From Octopus sinensis (taxonomy: Eukaryota), in contig NC_043012.1 of assembly GCF_006345805.1 (NCBI RefSeq), forward strand, positions 56,358,001 through 56,422,000: 64,000 nucleotides of DNA. The letters run 5' to 3'. The notes beneath the pieces were generated by a model. The model saw only the letters and a list, made by a program, of their open reading frames with translations, made no database searches and had not been told where the DNA came from. The translations under genes and the position numbers were made by a program. The number at the start of each line of letters is the position of its first letter. The stretch's first letter is position 1. Below, piece after piece: positions 1 through 13,810 of the stretch.

Positions 1-530
1 AATATATAGGATGAAAACCTTCCCACTAGAAACTACCTAAAGCATATGTTGAAGCAGAATATTATCAACAACAAAAAAACTATAGAGTTATGGTTTGCAT
101 GCACTGAAAATTATGCCAGCATTATGAAGTACCAACAGAAAGGAAATTGTATAAACATGCATCAGAAAAGTTTCAAAGACTGACAAAGCAACTATATTCT
201 GAGAAATGCCAATACACGCAAACAAAGAGATCGAGGTTAATCAAATGAATATTGTTTTCAAGAACAACAATGAAAGGAAATGTCTCCTGACATTTAGAAG
301 TACATTATTGTCCCAAAGGACAATAATTATCCAACTATAAAGATATAGAGATAACCAGAATGTGGGCATTGAAAACAGAAACAATCCCTATACAAAGAGA
401 TACCTTGAAAATAATTTTAAAATATGCACATGATACTGCACACAAACAGAGTATTCAATAGAAGACACTGCATGTGCACAAGACAGCTGCACTCAATTGT
501 GCAATAAGAATTCTAAAAATGAGACTACTA
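1..530 (+). mobile_element. Degenerate R4/Dong-like non-LTR retrotransposon, 3' end (restriction-like endonuclease region)
   Basis: Broken translation includes SNYKDIEITRMWALKTETIPI, resembling the KY.DL.IEI.RMW..KT..IP motif of RLE-type elements. It ends in a (TAA/TGA)n-like tail. Confidence 0.6.
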
Positions 531-1029
531 AAATAATGATGATAATGATTTCTTAATTTGCCAAAAGGGCATGAAGGGACATTACAAGGACAAATTTTAA
601 AACCAGTGGGGTTTTACACAGAATCAATGATGAAAAAGATATGAAAAACAACGGGATATAAAAGGAATGAAATGGGACACTTCAAGCTGAGAGTTTAGCC
701 ATCAAGGTCAATGAAGAAATTCCATAGATCCAGGATTACTCTGACTACGAAGGGCTATGTTCTCTGGCCAGTATGCACATTCTGAGAGTAGATTTATTCA
801 CATTCAATGTTCTTATCCACCTTTCATCAAATTCACTGGAAGGTAACATCTCCTTCTCTACTCTTTTTTTCCCTCCAAGTTAATGAACAGTTAACCAAAA
901 AGGAAAGAGTCTGTTTAGTCCTTTTGGTCTTTTTCATACAATCACTTTTGCCATAAGCACCAGTTAGTGGAAAACTGCTTGCCCATTTCAGTCAAAGGAA
1001 GGTGGTGGTGTGATCCAATGCATGAAAAA

Positions 1030-1330
1030 CAGAAAGACTGCATAAAGAGCTTAAATGCTAGCAAATATCAGCAATTAATAAATAAAGCAATATTAGAATA
1101 GTATGGACAGAATTATGATCTACATATTGCCTGGATAGATTACAAAAAGCCTACCACAGTATCTTGTATTCATGAATTATGGATCACTGGAAATTTCTAA
1201 ATTATCACCAATGGTTACAAGGTTTATGAAAGTTAGTATGAGATTGAGAACAAAAATAATATTTAATCTGAGGGAAGGAGTTCTAAAATCAGATACAATT
1301 TACATCAGAAATGGGGTTTCAGATTTCCCT
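1030..1330 (+). mobile_element. R4/Dong-like reverse transcriptase fragment
   Basis: Reads LHIAWIDYKKAYHSI, matching the AWIDYKKAFDSVPH RT motif. Stops are present. Confidence 0.6.
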
Positions 1331-2217
1331 ATCATCACTGCTCTGGCTCTCACTTTTCATTGAGTACATCCCTAAATTCTACAGAGTGTGTAGAACCAAG
1401 ATATGCTACTTGCTGCTATATAAAGGCAGTGCTAATAAGAGAGTGTGATAGCCATAGTATTTATCAGGGATCCCATCACTAATTAAAAAAATAAGAAGTA
1501 CAGAAAAAATTTTCTTTTGTAGGTGGTAAGTATAGTTTGTGTGTGTGTATAGCAGTTAGTTGTCTAATATACATATCAAATAAAACCATCCTTCTGCATT
1601 CAGTGAATTTCAAAATAATCAATGATACAGTAATATGTTTACATATATTACCAGGGGTCCCAGATATGTTATACACGCGAATATATTGAAAACATCAAAC
1701 TAAATGTCAGTTCAAAGACACAGCCAGAAAACGGTTTCCAGCTTGTAAATCAATATAAATTTTGGGATTGACAATCAAAGCAGGCTGACCAAGTTAGTAA
1801 ACACTGACAACAAATTTATAGCAATTATCTGATATCAAAATGAACTTTATGCTTGTGAACAACATATGACATTCATGATCGGTGTTCCACCCCTTGCATG
1901 ACCAGATATATCGTGATTACATCATGATAGGTTGCACCCTATTTTACAAAACAAGTCAGTCATTAACTTCATCAACCAATGAGTGATTATTAGTGTTTCT
2001 ACTCAGAAGAACCAACTTCCCTTTCCAACTAACCTTCACATAGAGTTGAACTGTCACAGCACACATCATGCATTTTTCTATCACCACAGAGTTAAAAAAA
2101 AATCCTAATTTATTAAGATTAGACATGCTCACTCTTATACACATCTCTCTCTCTCTCTGCACACACACACACATACACACATATATTTGGAGATATATGG
2201 TACATATATAGATATAT

Positions 2218-2526
2218 GTGGAGGCACAATGGCCCAGTGGTTAGGGCAGTGGACTCGCAGTTGCAGAATCATGGTTTTGATTCCCAGACCGGGCATTGTG
2301 AGTGTTTATTGAGCGAAAACACCTAAAGCTCCACAAGGCTCCGGCAGGGGGTGGTGGCGATCCCTGCTGTACACTTTCACCACAACTCTCTCTCACTCTT
2401 TCTTCTGTTGGCCTGCTCGCTTAGCCAGCGGGGTGGCATCATTTGAAGGCTAAAACAATGCGAAGCGCATTGTGACCAGCGATGTGTAGCAACATCTGAT
2501 AGCCTGGTCGGTCACGGTCACGGTGA
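2218..2526 (+). mobile_element. tRNA-derived SINE, family A
   Basis: Head gtggaggcacaatggcccagtggttagggcag...gattcccagacc has A- and B-box-like motifs. Related copies at about 18617-18885 (+), 41510-41780 (-) and 48297-48760 (+, interrupted). Confidence 0.8.
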
Positions 2527-2706
2527 TATAGATATATATATATGCACACCCCTCATATATAAAAAGTAAAAGACTAGTATCATATTTGATGGCATAAAAG
2601 ATGCATGACCATAATAGAGGCAACCCAGTGTCAGCTTTCAGTGCATTAAAGCTTATAATGTAGATCCAACATTACATATAGAATCCAGGGTAAATTTTTT
2701 TAGACA

Positions 2707-3040
2707 TCATCATCGTTTAACGTCCGTTCTCCATGCTAGCATGGGTTGGACGGTTCGACCGGGGATCTGGGAAGCCAGAAGGCTGCACCAGGCTCCAGTC
2801 TTATCTGGCAATGTTTCTATAGCTGGATGCCCTTCCTAATGCCAACCACTCCGTGAGTGTAGTGGGTGCTTTTTACGTGCCACCTGCACAGGTGCCAGGC
2901 GAGGCTGGCAACGGCCACGGTCGGATTGGTGTATTTTATGTGCCACCGGCACGGAAGCCAGTCAAGGCGGTGCTGGCATCGGCCACGAGTCGGATAGTGC
3001 TTTTTACGTACCACCAGACCAGGGATCCTGGCTGGTTCAA
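2707..3040 (-). mobile_element. RTE 3'-UTR-derived repeat (5'-truncated RTE or partner SINE) with (GAT)n tail
   Basis: ggagtggttggcattaggaagggcatccagct...gacgttaaacgatgatg, the same tail that follows the RTE ORF2 remnants at about 11400 and 25370. Other copies at about 23660-23855, 36360-36752, 44480-44755, 50770-51158, 52780-53015, 55900-56280, 60415-60730 and 62830-63000. Confidence 0.8.
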
Positions 3041-3782
3041 TTTTTAGAAAAAGTGTCTCCTATGCCATCAAATAGAAGTGACTTTCTGTTAGTTTCAAAA
3101 GTTAGTGTTCTAGTTGTTCAATAGTGTAAGTAGCTGAAAATTCCAGACAAATATACTCTTCATGTAATCCTTTGATAGAATCAGAATGACGCAAGGCTGG
3201 CCCTTTCAATGGCAGGTATAGTCTAATCAAAGACTTACAGTTTCTAAGCTACCAAATTTCCCTCGTAGAACATATGTGAGAGTATGTGCATGTGTGTATT
3301 CATGCACATACAAAAAGTTACAGTGGCTCTGAAATTTCATGAATTTGCTTTTCCAAAGTATAATACACACACACTTGTGTGTGTATTATACTTTGGTAGT
3401 GGCTAGACAACAACCTTTTGTATTGACACCAAGATTAAATGCACCTGGTGCATTTTGTAAAGTGATTGCTGATAAGAAGTGCATCCTACTACAGAAAACA
3501 TCAAAAACAGAATGTATGAGTTAGTCAAGCCCCTAATCCATACAGGAGGGCTAAAATTCCAAATAAGAATTGACTGGGTCCATAACAAATTCAACTGAAA
3601 TCAGCATGGAAAAGCAGACACCTGATGATGGCATGCACATCACTTCTTGGACAAGGGTCTTATATTGGCATTTGTAAATATTTACTAACAACCCATGATA
3701 AAATATTGATTTAATTGAACTATCTGCTACTTGCTATTTATAGACATTCTACAACATTCAGTCAACATAGCCACCACCCGTT

Positions 3783-4178
3783 TACTCTTTTATTCTTTCA
3801 CTTGTTTCAGTCATTTGACTGTGGCCATGCTGGAGCACCACCTTTACTTGAGCAAACCGACCCCAGGACTTATTCTTTGTAAGCCTAGTACTTATTATAT
3901 TGGTCTTTTTTGCCAAACCGCTAAGTTACGGGGACATAAACACACCAGCATCAGTTGTCAAGCGATGTTGGGAGGGACAAACACAGACACACACACATAT
4001 ATATATACATATATATGATGGGCTTCTTTCAGTTTCTGTCTACCAAATCCACTCACAAGGCTTTGTCGGCCCAAGGTTATAGTAGAAGACACTTGCCCAA
4101 GGTGCCACGCAGTGGGACTGAACCTGAACCATGTGGTTGGTTAGCAAGCTACTTACCACAACAGCCACTCCTATGCCT
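3783..4178 (-). mobile_element. CORE-type tRNA SINE, family B (OR-like), with internal TA/TG microsatellite
   Basis: Head ggcgcaggagtggctgtgtggtaag, CORE-like ccttgggcaagtgtctt, tail gaaacaagtaaaagagta. Copies at about 18948-19339 (+), 34670-35473 (+), 46045-46436 (-), 50081-50488 (+), 51585-51965 (-), 56655-57058 (-), 57800-58206 (-) and 61000-61418 (+). Confidence 0.85.
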
Positions 4179-6649
4179 ACCGTTAACAAATAAGATTTCT
4201 TAACACTGAAATTTTTGTTTATAAAATTTTTACCTCTTGGACTGGACTTGGCCAACTACAAACATTTCAGTGGTTAGTAGAAAAATGTATGTGCAAGCTT
4301 ATTAGGTACAGAAATGTATGTCTGGGGATAGGAAAGAATCCAACAGACTATAATAGTCCTAAATTGGGCAATAAAAGCTTGCTTAGCAGAAATACAATAA
4401 AGTGGAACTCATGCAATAAACAATACAGACCCAGAAACAAGTGAATGTGGAAGCCTTTATAAAGTCACTCAATATGCTTGAAATAGCAACTATTTGTTGT
4501 CCTCAGTGCTTGAAAAGTAGATAGGATAGCAACAGTTGCAAAATCTTTAATTATTGGTCTACTCAGTCAGAGTTAAGTCTGGGTTAAATAACAGCAATCT
4601 ATGTGGCACAGGTCTACTGGATTGAAGCTAACCCAGAGTTAAAGAACAACAATCAAAAGTAAGATATATGTAAAACGAATATATTTTTCCTACTCTCTAC
4701 TAGAAGAGCTGAAAGCAGATTAGATGAGAATGGTTTTCCTCTTTAGTATAGTAAGGTTTATGCTATCTCTCTTCAATGAACCAACCTGATGCCCATGAAT
4801 AAAGATTTAGAAAGGTATCAGAATGAAATAATCTCTAGCACACCAGATAAACCATCTTCAAATAGTCACAGCCAAAGAAGAGTAACATTCAGCTAATGGA
4901 ATCAAACATAAACCTTAAGTAGGGGAGATGGAACCAACAACTTAAGAGTCATTCCTAAAAGTCATGCCAAAGTGTACAACAGCTTTTATGGTAATATTTT
5001 TTGAAACTAGCTCACCTGAGACTGCCTCTGGTGCTCATAAATTAAAACTGTTATAATTTTATGCACAAACCATTTGTTCAGTTCTGTTCCAAATACTAAT
5101 TGAATAATGAAAAAGAAGTTAGTTATTTGACTAAATACTACCTCATCTTAAAGAAAACTGTTCCTTTGAAAATTAATTAAAACTCATAGGCAATATATTT
5201 CAAAAGAATTATCGAACCAAAATAAAAATTTAAAAAAGAAAAGTAACTAAAGTAAAAATTTATGTTTAGAAAACAATTCTTTTGCTCTATTCTATTTAAT
5301 TACTGGATCCAACTTACAATAGCAACTCGGAATTTCTGTGTTATTAGAAGTGACAGAATTCACATTCAATTGCAATATATTAATGCTATAGCATGGATTT
5401 TTTTTTTGATTTTTTTTTTTTTTTGCACCTGCAATCTTAATTAGAAGAAAATAAGTCTTTGCTTGTTTTGTTTTTTTTTCCTTCTTGCACTGGCAAACCT
5501 AATTTTTTCCTGAACTGCTCAAATTTTTAATAAACCCAACAAAAAGAAGCACCCAACATAGTAGAGAAAAAATACATTATATTTGTGTAATTAAAACAAA
5601 AATGAATTTTATAATAAAATGTAAGCTCTTTAAAAACAAAAGGTGGGATTTTTCTTTTAAGAATTGATGAAATAATTGATTCCTTCCCACTGTCCCTTTT
5701 AAATGTTTTACAGTTTTCATTTTCATCCAATTCTGTATTCAATTCAAAAACTGAATTTGTATTATATTCTTTCAGGCATGATAAAATAAATGCAAGTTAT
5801 ATTTTAAATTTTATAGGATACAATTGTTCAGCTTCCTCCTAGCAACCAACAAACATCCACTATCTGTGCCACAATCATTGGTTTAATATCTACTTTTCCA
5901 TACTTGCAAAGGTTCGATGGAGTTCTTTAAGGCAGATTTTCTATAGTCAGATGTCATTCCTGTCACCAACTCTCAGCCGTTTCCAAGCAAGGTAAATATT
6001 TCCCCATAGCTACTGCATGTTTACACAGATATCTCAAAAATTAATGACATTGCTTGTACGATACTGACACTCATTTACAATCATCACACAATACCAAAAC
6101 CAGGAGACACAAACATATACACACCTACACACAAATATATATGCATTATTGTCTACCAAATCTGCTCACAAGACTTTGGTTGGCCTAGGGCTATAGAATA
6201 CACTTGCTCAATATGCCAAGCAATGGGACTGAAACTATGGTAGGGAAGCAAACTTCTTAACCACACAGTCATGCCTGCACACACACACACACACACACGC
6301 GCGCGCGCATGCATGCATGTGCAAGCAAAACACATTAGGAAGTATGAATAGTATTAATACCAAAATAATATCAATTTACCAGATACACAGCATTATGTTT
6401 CAGTTACTTCAAATTCATCAGAGGAGGGGAGTTAAGGACATATAGGGGGATTCTTTTATATAAATACTATGTCATCAATGTCGAGATTGAAACAGAAATC
6501 AAAGCAGAGTGCTGTGTTTCTGATAAATTCATATTAAATATTTTAACTTTCTCATGTAATTTGTATATCATTATTTGTGTATGTGTGTGTTAGTGTATTA
6601 TATTAAATTTCTGAGTGAGATATAAACAGTAGCAGTACAGAACCATAAC

Positions 6650-6797
6650 ATAATTGCCAACCAAGTGTGGCGTCCTATACAGGTCAATGCTACTGACATT
6701 TATAGCCCCAGGAAGATATCTCCTCTGATGTCTTCCTGCAGCTATAAACGTTAGTAGCACTGTCTTGTATAGGACGCAACACTTGGTTGGCAATTAT
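6650..6797. repeat. Long inverted repeat / hairpin (about 70-bp arms, short loop)
   Basis: ataattgccaaccaagtgtggcgtcctataca...ggaagatatc pairs with gatgtcttcc...tgtataggacgcaacacttggttggcaattat, with a few mismatches. Confidence 0.9.
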
Positions 6798-7213
6798 ATA
6801 TATATATGAGATTACATTAACTCTACTTTAAAGTACTTAGTATTCTGTATCTATTACAAAAGGTTATACTTTAAAATGTATCAGAATATATATGAATGTA
6901 TGTATGTGTACATAATGTGTGTGTGTGTGTATGTGTCATCATTATCATCATTTTAACATCCAATTTTCCATGTTTGCATAAGTCAGACATAGCTTTATTG
7001 AAGCAAATACTTTTATGGCCAGATACCCTTCTTGTTACCGCCCTCATGGACAGACAGGTTTTCATACAACATTGGAAATGTATGATGTTCACAACAGTCA
7101 TGCAAAATGTCAAGACAAGGAGACCTAAACACAAACATACATATGTGTGTGTGTGTGTGTGTCTGTGTGTGTATGTCTGTGCATGCATAATTGTGTATGT
7201 GTGTGTGTGCATA

Positions 7214-7279
<66 letters not shown>

Positions 7280-8023
7280 AGCTTCTTTCAGTTTCTGTCT
7301 ATTAATCCACTCACAAGGCTTTGGTCAGCCAGGGGTTATAAAAGAAGTTTCATGCAGTAGAAATGAACACAAAACCTTGTACTTAGGAAGCAAACTTGTT
7401 AACCACACAGCCAAGCCTGAATGTGTGGGTGCATGTATGTATATATATTAATAGTATGACATTTTGTCTATGCCCTTTTTTTATTATTATTATTAAATCC
7501 TAGGACTCCTAAGGCTCATAAGGACTCATACTGGTTTCTATGATGGATAAGTGGCCGACATTACAACACTTCTCTGAATATATAAATGTATATACATATA
7601 AATGTATATACCAACAGTCTTATGTATTAAAGCAAGACTATATGATTACGAATGGTAATCTTTCATGAGAATGAAGATATATAATGTTCTTTGACATTGA
7701 CAAAAAGGCAGCAAGCTGGTAGAATTGTTAGCATGTCAGACCAACTGCTTTGTGGCATTTCTTTTGGCTGTTTTTGTTATGCTAGCGCCTGCCATAAGAG
7801 CACCAACAATTTGACCTCTTTGAAAGTCCATCAGATCTGTCATTTTAATGAATTTTAATTACCTTTTTCTGATGATATCCGAAAAGAAACAGCAATTTTA
7901 GCAAAACATATTTAGCAACACTAATCCAAAAACATAAAAATAAACAAGTTTTTGATGGTTTTATAGATATTTCAAAATTATGACGCTATGATGCTAGGTG
8001 TTTCCATTATTTTGTCCAACCCC

Positions 8024-8474
8024 TATATATATACATACACACACACACATATATATATATACATACACATATATACATATACACATATATATACACACAT
8101 ACACATATATATACACACATATATATATACATACACATATATATACACACACATATATATATACATACACATATATATATATACATATATATATACACAC
8201 ACATATATATATATATATACATATATATATACACACATATATATATATACATACACATATATATACACACATATATATATATACATACACATATATATAC
8301 ACACATATATATATATACATACACATATATATACACACACATATATATATATATACATACACATATATATATATATATATATATACATATATATATACAC
8401 ACATATACATATATATATACACACATATACATATATATATACACACATATACATATATATATACACACATATAC

Positions 8475-8533
<59 letters not shown>

Positions 8534-8535
8534 TA
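8024..8535. repeat. Compound (TA)n/(CA)n microsatellite, about 0.5 kb
   Basis: Continuous alternating purine-pyrimidine tract; source of five spurious long ORFs. Confidence 0.97.
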
Positions 8536-8541
8536 TGTATA

Positions 8542-9645
8542 CTGGGTGTCCTCAAAAATGTATACACACTTTGAGGGCTCACTTCATTTTCATTTCTTTT
8601 CAGATTTAACCCATTAGAAATAATGACGGGAGCTAGACTAAGCTTTGAACAAAGGAAATTTACGCTTAAGTGCTACTGGAGTTTGAAAATGCAGAGACAA
8701 TGCCAAGATCAGTTTAGCAGGATGTTTCAAACAGATCCATCTAGGCAACTTTTACCATCACTCAAATTAGAGATAAGTTTGAAGCAAATGCAGCTGTTCA
8801 GAATGTCCACAAGAAATGTTCAGAAAGACTATGGACATTGATGAGCCTCACGAAGCAGTGAAGCATACAAGAAACTTACTGCCAGAGATCAAGAAAATCA
8901 GTTTGACAAATGAGTCAAGAGATATGAATTTCAAAATCAACTGTCCGTCACATTTTGAAGTGTTATCATTGGAAAAGTCACAATCAAAGAATAGTCCATG
9001 CTCTAAATGAAGATGATTCAGACCAAAGGTACTTGGTAAGATGTGTAGAAAATGAATTCTTTACAACAAAGATTGTTTGGAGTGATGAGGCTACATCTAC
9101 ATTAAGTGACTCGACTTCCACAATTGTACATGCTGAGGACCTGAAAATCTACGTATTACAAATGAACATCATGTTAATTTATCAGGTTTACAGTATGGTG
9201 TGGTTTATCATACAAAGAATTAATTAGATCAAGCATTTGAAAGTTTTATTTGGGTACCCCAGCACTACTCGAATAATATAAGAGTACCATAATGAGATTT
9301 TGTCAAACAAGTAGATTGGATAAAAAGTTTCACTAGACCTCATACCACTAGACTTTTTCTTTTATAGAAATACTTAAAAGATAAAGTTTATGGTACAAAA
9401 CCAGAAACAGTAGACAAACTGAGGGCAGCCATTGAATGAGAATGCACACAAATACAGCATGAAATATTGCTTGATGTTTGCAATTTGATTGCTTCATGTA
9501 ATTAGCAATGCCCAGACCAGAACTATCATCATTTTGAAAAGAGGCATTATTAAAAATTTAAATTCTGCCTGTAAATTCTATTAAATTAATAAACACTGAC
9601 TTTACAATAATTCAATCTGTGTACACATTTTTTGAAACTATCTTT
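8542..9645 (+). mobile_element. Degenerate Tc1/mariner-superfamily DNA transposon
   Basis: TA + ctgggtgtcctcaaaaatgtatacac left TIR and a decayed right TIR (gtgtacacattttttgaaac). Frameshifted transposase with MTGARLSFEQRKF..., IVWSDEA, and an SLDLIPLDFF...YLKDKVY motif (SPDLTPLDF-like). Confidence 0.8.
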
Positions 9646-10594
9646 TATTTATTTATTTATTCATTTATATATATATATATATGTATTCTTTAAAGTGCTT
9701 CATTTTGAAAGCTGCGGTCATGCTGGGGCACCACTGTTATTAGATGCATGATGATCTAAGTTACAATACCTTTGATCATAGGTTTGTTTGGTTGGGGCTC
9801 ACCTGGGGTTAGACAAAAGTAGACACAATGCTACAGAAAGATTAAAGAACCATGGAATCATAAATGTTATCGACTCCATTGAAGCTTACAGTATTAAACG
9901 ATTTTTGTATTTTCAATAAAGAAACCATTTCCTAAAACAAAACCAAGGTAATATTAAATATAGCATATTTATATTTATAACAATTTTAGGTGATAAAGTG
10001 ATAATCAATAAAAGGGAGATTTCCAATAAGTAGAGTTATTGGAAAATGAAGCTAAAAGAACTGTATTACTGGATATTAATCAATCAAAATCCAAAACAGA
10101 GAGAGGTATTAAGTACACAGCATGAAACACAATCTAGTTAAACTGCGCCATCATGCTGTATTTCAATAGGCAGATAACCTGGTAATACCTATCTCCTCAT
10201 CAGGATTTATGCATACATGTGTGGATTGGTGAAAACATGCTTACAAATCAAGAAAAATGAATGTAATATAAGAAATAGTGTGTATCATTTATTAGAAGCA
10301 GACGGTTCTTTAATTATTACTCTATGTGCCAAGCTACCAACAATTCAAACAACTGGAATAAGGAAGCAGCATTGTTTTAAAGTCTACTTTTCCATGTTTG
10401 CATGAGTCAGATGAGAATACAATGAGACAGTGTTTTTCTACAAGTGGATACCCTTCCTGTTGTCAATTCCTATTGTTTCCAACAAAGGTAATAATCTCTC
10501 TGTCTGTTGAGCAATGAACACCCCAGACATGTTTTACTTGGAGAACTGGAAATAAACAACAGCTTATGAACAAACTTTTTATTTACAATGACCA

Positions 10595-11535
10595 TGCTAT
10601 GGCACTGCTCAATCTGTAGAAAAGGCATAGGTAGAAACTCCATAAGATGTACCCGGTGTAAGTTATGGACACATAAGAAGTGCAGCAATATCAAAGGAAG
10701 GCTAACTGAGAAGATAGTTTTTGTGTGTGGCAAATGCTCAGGGGCAATAAACACTGAAAATGTGCAGAAAACAACTTCCGTCATATGCCAAGGGGAAAAA
10801 CTAGAAGTAGTTGATAGCTTCCACTACCTAGGTGACCAAGTCAATAGTGGGGGTGGATGCTCTGAGAGTGTAGCTGCTAGAATAAGAATAGCCTGGGCAA
10901 AGTTCAGAGAGCTCCTACCTCTGCTGGTGACAAAGGGCCTCTTGCTCAGAATGAAAGTTAGACTGTATGATGCACGTGTGTGAACAGCCATGTTACACGG
11001 CAGTGAAATATAGGCCATGATTGCTGAGGACATGCATAAGCTTGCAAGAAATGAAGCCAGCATGCTCCGCTGGATGTGTAATGTCAGTGTGCATACACAA
11101 CAAAGTGAAAGCACACCGAGAGAAAAGCTGGACATAAGAAGCATCAGATGTGGTGCACAAGAGAGACAACTGCACTGGTATGGTCATGTGTTGCATATGG
11201 ACAAGGACAGCTGTGGCAGGAACTTGCTGAAGAGGTAGATCCAAGAAAACAAGGGATGAGGTGGTGAAGCATGATCTTCAGATGTTGAGTCTCACAGAGG
11301 TGATGACAAGTTATCGAGATCTTTGGCAATCTGATGTGCTTGAGAAGACATGCCAAGCCAAGTGAAATCATAGTTGTGGCCAGTGCCAGTGACACATAAA
11401 AGCCACTACACTCTTGGAGTGGTTGGCATTAGGAAGGGCAAAACAGACAAACTTGGTGCAGCTCTCCGGCTTACTAGTTGCAGTCAAACCATTTAACCCA
11501 TGCCAGCATAGAAAATGGATGCTGAATGATGATGG
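10595..11535 (+). mobile_element. 5'-truncated RTE-clade LINE (ORF2 3' part with C4HC3 finger, plus 3' UTR)
   Basis: CSIC..CTRC..H..C..CGKC, LEVVDSFHYLGD, ARIRIAWAKFRELLP, MLRWMC and LHWYGHV motifs, followed by the (GAT)n tail. Confidence 0.9.
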
Positions 11536-11899
11536 GTATCATGAGTATGAAATATACAAAAGAAACAAAGGCAACTACTGTTAATGACAACATGAATGCT
11601 TTTTCTTCATGTGATCATCTTTCAAGAGATGGTAAATCTATTTTGTGAGAAATAATCTATTTAAGCTGGTTGGTGGTTGGAAATTCTTCAATAAATAGTG
11701 ACAGATGTTTCTGAAAGAATTCACTAATTCTGATCTTTTGTTTGCAATAGGGAAATGAGAAATACTTCTCCAGCTCTTTGTTTCAGTTATTTGAAAAAAG
11801 GAGAGACCTTAGCTATGCTGCTACTACTGTGATGGCCACCCTCATTGCAATTGCTCCAGCTGTGGTGTTGGAAACAGCAATGAAATGTAAGGAACTACC

Positions 11900-12250
11900 C
11901 TTGCCTTGTGGTGAAGGTGGGAATACTCTGGGGTGATGTGTTTTACTACAATTGTAGCATTTGGGTTTTCCACCTTCTATGACTGTCCACATCTGCTCAT
12001 ATTCTCTGAGATAATAGTCTTAGATGCCAAAAATATTTCCTAATGTAACTAACACCTCAAATGTCACTGACATTCCTCTCCAATACTGCTGGAAAAGGGG
12101 TGACTTGAATCCTGTAATTCCTCTGTGTCCTAACATTGCTATTACTCTGGCCTTGTCTCTGTGACTATGATTATGAACAATCAAAATTCCATATCCATTT
12201 GAGATCATGATAAACTGCTGGATGTGCATTTTGTTGTGGCCACTTCCTGC
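11900..12250 (-). mobile_element. Possible LINE ORF1 (gag-like zinc knuckle) remnant
   Basis: Minus strand reads MWTVIEGGKPKCYNCSKTHHP, resembling the V.VEGR.P.C..C...GH knuckle of L1/Tx1-type ORF1. Heavily degraded. Confidence 0.35.
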
Positions 12251-13544
12251 TTGCTGTCGCAAACAGCTACCACCATCTTGTGTTGTTTACCACTTGATAT
12301 GAAGACTACTAAGGGTCACACTTTTTCCAAGTATTTCTCTATTTCTGTAAGAGATGGAGTGAGGGTGTGATTTTCAAGCTTTATGATTTATTCACTTGTA
12401 AAGAAAAGGGGATTCTTGAGTTTTATTTCTTCAATAGAAAGCAGCATAACTGTGTGGTTAAGAAGCTTGCTTTCAAACTATGTGGTCTTGAGTTTAGTGC
12501 CACTGTGCAGCACCTTGGACAAATACCTTCTACTATAGTCCTTGGCTGACCAAAGCCTTGTGAGTGAATGTGGTGGACAGAAACTGAAAAAAGCTAGCTT
12601 GCTTTCTCTCTCTCTCTCTCTCTGCGTGCATGTGTGTGTGTGTGTGTGTACCCTTGTCCTGACATCATGCAATGGTTGTAAACAAACATCATCATCATAC
12701 AAACCAGATTGTTCATTTCTAGTCTTCTATGGAAAATTTGTCTGGCCATGGAAAATACCACTGTGCTTGGAAACAGGTGAGTGTTAGTGACAGGAAGGGA
12801 ATCAGGTTGTAGGAAATCTACTTCAACAAATTTCGTTTGACCCACGCAAACACAGGAAAGCAGATATCAAATGACTATGATGAAAGCAACATCACACCAG
12901 ACGTACAATATCATTCTTGTAGTTTTTAACAGCTTTTCCTTTGAACATACATTGCTAACTGGTTTACAGTGTGGGCAAAAGCATGTTCTTTATAACTTTG
13001 TTGTTTGGTGTCTTTATTGTAGTTGTTGTACCAATTACTAACAATATCTTTCCACTTTATTTGGTGATTGATGTCTGTACTTGCAACGTTAACACCTTTG
13101 GTTGCTATGCATCAGCACCATTAGTTCCAAAAGAGTCGTTGACAAACTTAGTTGTCATTCTCTCTTCTTTCCTCAAATTCAATCTATGCTTCTCTTTTCT
13201 GTAAACATAATGATCACAGTCAGAATCTATGTTTCTTACTTTTTTTTAGGTGTGAATTTTGAAATCAGAAACTTTTAAAAAGAAGAGAACTGATAGTTCC
13301 TGTTTTGGAGGGAAATGCTGTTACCATGCTGCATTAATGATTTATAAGTTTAATGATAACTTTAGGAATATCTTTTTCACTCAACTTTATCTTAAGAATA
13401 ATTTTTAAAAGGGATTCTGAGTGTATATAAGTTTTATAAATAGTGTTTGCATTACATAAACATGGATATTTGATTTTGTCCAAGTTGTTCGATAACTCTA
13501 GAAATATTTGGAATGTATTTCTCTGAGCATTGACATACTAAAGT

Positions 13545-13810
13545 TTCAACAACTAGTGGCTGACTTAATAGAAGTCTACAAGATTATCCACCATCTTTCA
13601 AACAACTTTCACCACCCTTTTTAAATTCAGTACCGCTACCACTCATGAACATGCTTACGAAATCAAAAAGCAGCAAAGCACTCTTGACTTTTCAAAATAT
13701 TTTTTCATATTCAGAATTGTTGAAGCATGGAACAAACTACCTACATCCATTGTTAACTGTCAGGATGCTACATCCTTCAAAAATTCCATGCTTTCCAAAA
13801 TTCACCAATA
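13545..13810 (+). mobile_element. CR1/L2-group LINE 3' end fragment
   Basis: Reads FRIVEAWNKLPTSIVNC...SFK, the typical R.V..WN.LP C-terminus. Related fragments with ATT-like tails at about 39322-39590 and 57105-57335. Confidence 0.7.

Noticed and set aside
690-960. Penelope GIY-YIG remnant on the minus strand
   Set aside because: Only faint motif echoes (KTKR, P.GLN-like); too degraded to call.
2218-2295. tRNA genes at SINE heads (also 18617, 48297, 53870-53940)
   Set aside because: They continue into shared SINE bodies, and I could not build intact cloverleaves.
5527-5742. 71-aa ORF in unique AT-rich sequence
   Set aside because: No recognisable homology and no convincing splice-site pair.
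7868-7892. Hammerhead-like ctgatga...gaaac
   Set aside because: No convincing stem I or III and no correctly placed NUH cleavage triplet.
7988-8617. Five long ORFs (169-209 aa) rich in Y/I/H/T or C/V/Y/M
   Set aside because: Translations of a TA/CA microsatellite, which lacks stop codons by composition. The same applies to the ORFs at 6871-7451.
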